A DNA stretch of 64,000 nt from Eledone cirrhosa (Eukaryota): assembly GCA_964016885.1 (NCBI GenBank), contig OZ024742.1, forward strand, positions 330,522,001 through 330,586,000, read 5' to 3'. The notes under the pieces are model-generated. The model saw only the letters and a list, made by a program, of their open reading frames with translations. It was not told the origin of the DNA and made no database searches. Below are positions 54,631 to 64,000 of the stretch, in pieces. Numbering within the stretch: position 1 is the stretch's first letter; every line of letters starts with the position of its first letter. Position numbers and translations under genes: made by a program.

Positions 54631-54984
54631 AATTGTTTCTACTTTAGGCAGAGAGAAATATAATCAAATGTGATTAGTTGAGAGAATATAAGATGATAAT
54701 AGTTATGTCAAGTTTATACATCTTAATAATAAATAATATGTATATCATATTTACACATCCTTTAATTCACTTGCAAGTTCAACCCATATGGTATAGTCCA
54801 TCGCTCATCTGTGCGGTCGTTTGCGTTTGTGTTTGACCCCACAGCAGAAGCACAAGTTCGTAAATTTCAATGCAGATAGAAATCGATTTGTGCTTACCCG
54901 GATATTGACGGAGGATCCAATATTCCCGTTTATGGGACACGGGTATACACCTAACTCCTATTAACCTAAGTATATATATATATA

Positions 54985-58571
<3,587 letters not shown>

Positions 58572-58606
58572 AGTAAGTATGTTTTGAAACTGTGAGCGAT
58601 TTTGAA

Positions 58607-58808
58607 ATTAGAAAATATATAGCTTTCACCGTATTTTTGACTAAAGGAATTTTAGCTTGATAACGGGGTTTAGAACCCTCAGATAAATGGAAAAAGATGA
58701 GTATTGACGTACATGTACGTCAATACTCATCTTTTTCCATTTATCTGAGGGTTCTAAACCCCGTTATCAAGCTAAAATTCCTTTAGTCAAAAATATGGTG
58801 AAAGCTAT

Positions 58809-58820
<12 letters not shown>
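58607..58820. repeat. Near-perfect 214-bp spacerless palindrome
   Basis: 107-bp arms, centre GACGTACA|TGTACGTC at 58713/58714, one mismatch; extra ~39 bp on the left; (TA)n flanks. Confidence 0.95.
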
Positions 58821-58862
<42 letters not shown>

Positions 58863-58983
58863 ATGTATATATATATATATTTATACATATATATATATAT
58901 ATGTATGTATATATATATGTATATATGTGTATATGTATGTATATATATATATATGTATATATATGTGTGTATATGTATATATA

Positions 58984-59035
<52 letters not shown>

Positions 59036-59067
59036 TGTATGTATGTTTGTATGTATATATATATGTA

Positions 59068-59330
59068 TCCCAGTACAACCTGTCCCATGGTCGGGTCGTT
59101 GGCGACTAAACTGGCAACCCCACCAAGGTCTCCTGGTGAGGAGGGTGAATTTGGACATCCTGCAGAATTAAAAACAAAACCTGTCAAAGGACAGAGGAGT
59201 TCTTGAGAGTCAATGGCCATCCAAAATCACCGGGAGATATGACCCCTTAGCCTCTGTCAAAGCAGAATTCTAGGAGAAGGAAAACTCTGATATAACACCT
59301 GCAACCCTGATGGTATCCAATGATGTTAAC
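59068..59330 (+). mobile_element. RTE-clade LINE 5' UTR-like fragment
   Basis: Homologous to 5152-5310; contains CTAGGAGAAGGAAAACTCTGA. Confidence 0.55.
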
Positions 59331-59473
59331 TTGTTCTTCTTTTTGGTAAATATCATCTTGTTTAAGAGAGTGGGACTGGCTTTGTGCAGTGCCTTTGATC
59401 ACTATAAAAGCTTCAGGGCACAGGCATTGCTTTATATCTGGAGATGTCTCTGCACTTGTCGTCACATGGTACC

Positions 59474-60347
59474 ATGTTTACTGAGGAGGGCAGGACATGA
59501 TATTCCTACACTTATTTATCTCGAAACATAATTGGATTTTAAAGTTTAAACTTATCTACGGAACAGGTTTGATTTTGAACTTTAAATGTGTCTAAACATC
59601 ATAGCCTTTTGGCAATGCAGTTCGTCTTTGTTGATTTATTATTTTAAATCGATATGGACAAACTGTAGTATAATAATTAGTATACTTCATTCTGGCTGAA
59701 TTTTCTTTTGCAATATATATACAGATGTGTTGGTATCTGTGTTTCTTCATATATATTAGTTTATACACGGCTCAGGGGTATTTCCTCCTTCGAGCTAATT
59801 CCATTGTAAAAGAATTCATTACACTTAATAATATAACTGCTCCTAGTCTGAGCTGAAAGCCGCCTCATATATACGACTGTTATTTCTAGCAGTACGGTTA
59901 TGAGACTAGCTAGAAACTGTTAAACCATGTGCGTCACACAGTCTTTTAAATTATTTAGAAGTGAAGCACATCAATTTGTCCCTGGATGTTTACTGAGGAG
60001 GGCAGGACATGATATTCCTACACTTATTTATCTCGAAACATATTTGGATTTTAAAGTTTAAACTTATCTATGGAACAGGTTTGATTTTGAAATTTAAATG
60101 TGTCTAAACATCATAGCCTTTTGGCAATGCAGTTCGTCTTTGTTGATTTATTATTTTAAATCGATATGGACAAACTGTAGTATAATAATTAGTATACTTC
60201 ATTCTGGCTATATTTTCTTTTGCAATATATATACAGATGTGTTGGTATCTGTGTTTATTCATATATATTAGTTTATACACGGCTCAGGGGTATTTCCTCC
60301 TTCGAGCTAATTCCATTGTAAAAAAATTCATTACACTTAATAATATA
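59474..60347 (+). repeat. Tandem repeat, 512-bp unit, 1.7 copies, each starting with a decayed HHR-like motif
   Basis: CTGAGGA at 59481 and 59993, each followed ~35 nt later by CTC GAAAC ATA; ends in (TA)n. Confidence 0.8.
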
Positions 60348-60354
60348 TATATAT

Positions 60355-60447
<93 letters not shown>

Positions 60448-61001
60448 AAAGAATAGAGGTGTAACACACAAGTTATGATATATTGGTAAACGGAAAAGAA
60501 TATGTTGACAAATTGTTCACAGTGAACAATAGTTTAATTAGGAATAAATGAGAATTAGTAATAGTATTGGTCAGTATTCAGTTTTGTTTTAAGTTTTACC
60601 GGTTGCGTATTTCTAATGCTTTTCAAAAATAATTTTGAGATAGAGCGTCCGTGATGTTTGCTCTAATCTGATTAGTTATGGAAATTCTACCTGATTGTAT
60701 GTTAAAAAAGTGGCTCCAGCGGTATTAAAATAAGTTTTGCGCCAATTCGTGTTGCAAAAGTTCTTGTGGTCAAAACAATTGTGATTGGTCGGTAGAGGTC
60801 ATGTGAATGTTAAAAATTGATTTTGCGCCAAATGTAGGTTTGTGTCGGGTGATTGAGAAGTCACTGAAAAATATGTCTTTCAAAACAAATATGTGTGTGT
60901 GTATGTAGTAGTAGTAGTAAAGAGGTTCGTTGTTGTGATAATGGTCAGCAGGAATGTGTGCGCGAACTGCATCCTGTTGACAGTTCAAATGCCTATTAAG
61001 A

Positions 61002-61058
<57 letters not shown>

Positions 61059-61564
61059 CAGAGTAATTCGTAGTAGAGGGATAGTCAGTAGGAATGTGTC
61101 TGTAAGTGTGTGGGGGATATTTTAACATGTTAACATATATTTTTCAGCTCTTGTCTTATACGGAGAAGTGTGTGTGTGGGGGGGGGCATGTGGGGGGGGG
61201 GGGGGGGGGGGGGTGTATGTAAATGTGTGTGTGTGAGTGTGTCCAGATTGTACTTACTGCAAGGGGAGTCCATTAGGCCTTGCCGTATTGGAATACCTGT
61301 GTGCAAATATGTATCTGCAGTGTGTCCAGATTGTACGTACTGCAAGGGGATTCCATTAGACGTTGCCGTATTGGAATACTTGTGTACAAATATGTATGTG
61401 CCCAACAGTGTGCAATGCATGTGTGCGTTTATGTATGTGTGTGTGTCGGCACGTTTATATCTATAGACATCAAAAGGTATGCAAATTTGTGTATATTTCT
61501 GTTGCACCATAGATCATGTGTGTTTACGTATGTCATTGTGTTTATATGTGGGTCGAGATGTATG

Positions 61565-62205
61565 CTAATGTAGGTATGTATGTTGATGTGTGTATGTTGT
61601 GTGTATGCTGTGGGGTCCGTATTTGTTAATAAAGTAAGATTCCTTGATGATGCGCTGGGTGTAGGTGGCATTATCTTTAAATTTGTAGAGGGGAAAGATT
61701 CTGAAGTTGGGATGATTTTGGGCGGCACAGGTATCAATGTGTTCACTCAGTGGTATTTTCCTGTATTCCCGTATTTTAATTTGGGATCTATGGACAGTCA
61801 TGCGTTGGCGGAGGCTGTTTTTTGTCTGGCCTATGTATTGTTCTTGACAACCTGAGCAAGTTAATACATATATTAGATTTTCTGAAGCGCATGTGAAATT
61901 GTGTTTTACTATAAAACGTTGTCCTTCTTTGAAATAGAATTCCAAACCCTCTATTAGGTTGATGCATATGCCACAGTTGGGTCTATCGCATTTTTTTTAC
62001 TGTGGGTTTCGTTGTTGTGGCTGGCAGTACTTTGGCATGTGTTAGGATGTTTTTCATTGACTTAGATTTCTTGTGCTCTTTATGATACCGTGTGTTCGTA
62101 GGATTTGGTTCATTCTATGGTCCTTTTTCAACACAGGGGTGTTCTGGAGGATGGTGTCAAAGACCTCATTGTTAAGGAGGTTGTGTGTGGAGATGTATGG
62201 AAGAG
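61565..62205 (-). pseudogene. PLE GIY-YIG endonuclease fragment
   Basis: FTCASENLIYVLTCSGCQEQYIGQTKNSLRQRMTVHRSQI...LSEHI...RIIKESYFINKY; upstream part interrupted by stops. Confidence 0.9.
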
Positions 62206-62481
62206 CTTGCAGTACGTACAATCTGGACACACTCCAGAAACATATTTGTACACAGGTATTCCAATACGGCAAGGCCTAATGGATTTCCCTTGCAGTACGT
62301 ACAATCTGGACACACTCACACACACCTTGGTAATATGCCAATACTATATATCATTTCACACCTTTTATTATTAAGGTGTTTGATGTTCTATTGAGAGAAT
62401 CGATTTTACTGAAAATATCGAATAATGTACACCATTTCACCAGTACCACAAAAATAATTACTGGTCCACCCACACACACAT

Positions 62482-62521
<40 letters not shown>

Positions 62522-63127
62522 GTGTATGCGCACACACGCACATATATACATACACACATACACACGCGTACATTAACATACAAAGAGACATATATACACA
62601 CACACACACACAAACAGACTTCTCCGTATAAGACAAGAGCTGAAAAATATCTGTTAACATGTTAAAATATCCCCCACACACTTACAGACACATTCCTACT
62701 GACCATCCCTCTACCACTAATTAATCTGCCACACACACACACACACACTCACTTGTCTTAATAGGCATTTGAACTGTCAACTGGCTGCCGTTCGCACACA
62801 CATCCCTGCTGACCATTATCACAACAACGAACCTCTTTACTACTACTACTACACACACACACACACACACACACATATTTGTTTTGAAAGACATATTTTT
62901 CAGTGACTTCTCAATCAACCTACATTTGGCGCAAAATCAATTTTTAACATTCACATGACCTCTATCGACCAATCAAAATTGTTTTGACCACAATAATTTT
63001 TGCAACACGAATTGGCGCTAAACTTATTTTAATACCGCTGGAGCCACTTTTTTAACATAAAAACAGGTAGAATTCCCAAAACTAATCAGATTAGAACAAA
63101 CATCACGGACGCTCTATCTCAAAATTA

Positions 63128-63163
63128 TTTTTGAAAAGCATTAGAAATGCGCAACCGGTAAAA
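63128..63163 (+). ncRNA. Minimal HHR-like motif with GCAA in place of GAAA (also 53591-53628 plus, 60594-60629 minus)
   Basis: TTT TTGAAAA GCATT-AGA-AATGC GCAAC CG GTA AAA. Confidence 0.5.
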
Positions 63164-63271
63164 CTTAAAACCAAAACTGAATACTAACCAATACTATTAC
63201 TAATTATCACTTATTCCTCAAGAAACTATTTTTCACTGTGAACAATTTGTCAGCATTTTCTTTTCCGTTTA

Positions 63272-63528
<257 letters not shown>

Positions 63529-63938
63529 TACACATATACATGAGGGTGGTTGTGCATGTGCACGTGTTTTTATGCGTACTTTTCATAAATATAATTATAA
63601 TATATGTGCATATAAACTGGAATATTTAAATTGGGAAGCGAACTTTAGCAAAACTATAATAAATGTATGACGACATGACGGTGTTACTTTTACAGCTGGG
63701 ATATATATACACAAAAACGAAACAATTGAACAAATATATGTGTACTATCAAAGGTACAAATTTGTAACAGCTTACTACTTAAAGTAACTTCCTGTATTAT
63801 TGAGATTTTCCAAAAGCTCGCTCGTCGGAAATTTGCCAATATTCGGTCGATGATATGTTGCCAATATTTTATCTACTATGTATATCACCTGATGGAGACG
63901 CAATTACATATACATTTCTCTCCCTCCTCTATCTATCA

Positions 63939-64000
<62 letters not shown>

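Noticed and set aside
59068-59115. HDV-like ribozyme fold
   Set aside because: A possible P2 (CCAGT/ACTGG) and CTAA are present, but P1/P3/L3 cannot be fitted and P2 is not conserved in the 5150 copy.

Overview
AT-rich, microsatellite-saturated metazoan DNA with no convincing host gene. The SINE family, (TA)n density and repeat mix suggest an octopus/cephalopod intron or intergenic region (inference). Most supplied ORFs are microsatellite or antisense artefacts. Real content: R4/Dong-type LINEs, several Penelope-like elements (PLEs, GIY-YIG), an internally deleted mariner, an L1/Tx1 3' fragment, about 11 tRNA-derived SINEs, and Gypsy, Helitron, RTE and CR1/L2 relics. The main unannotated signal is RNA-structural. 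By eye there are at least 9 unrelated sequence families carrying type I hammerhead ribozyme (HHR) folds (about 19 copies, plus decayed ones). One is a very young, non-coding 310-bp tandem array with one HHR per unit, a retrozyme/circRNA-like element (20806-22346). Most of these elements sit in (TA)n tracts as head-to-head foldbacks with both 3' ends pointing outward, one arm short and the other carrying an extra tail. All folds and alignments were made by eye and need computational and biochemical confirmation.
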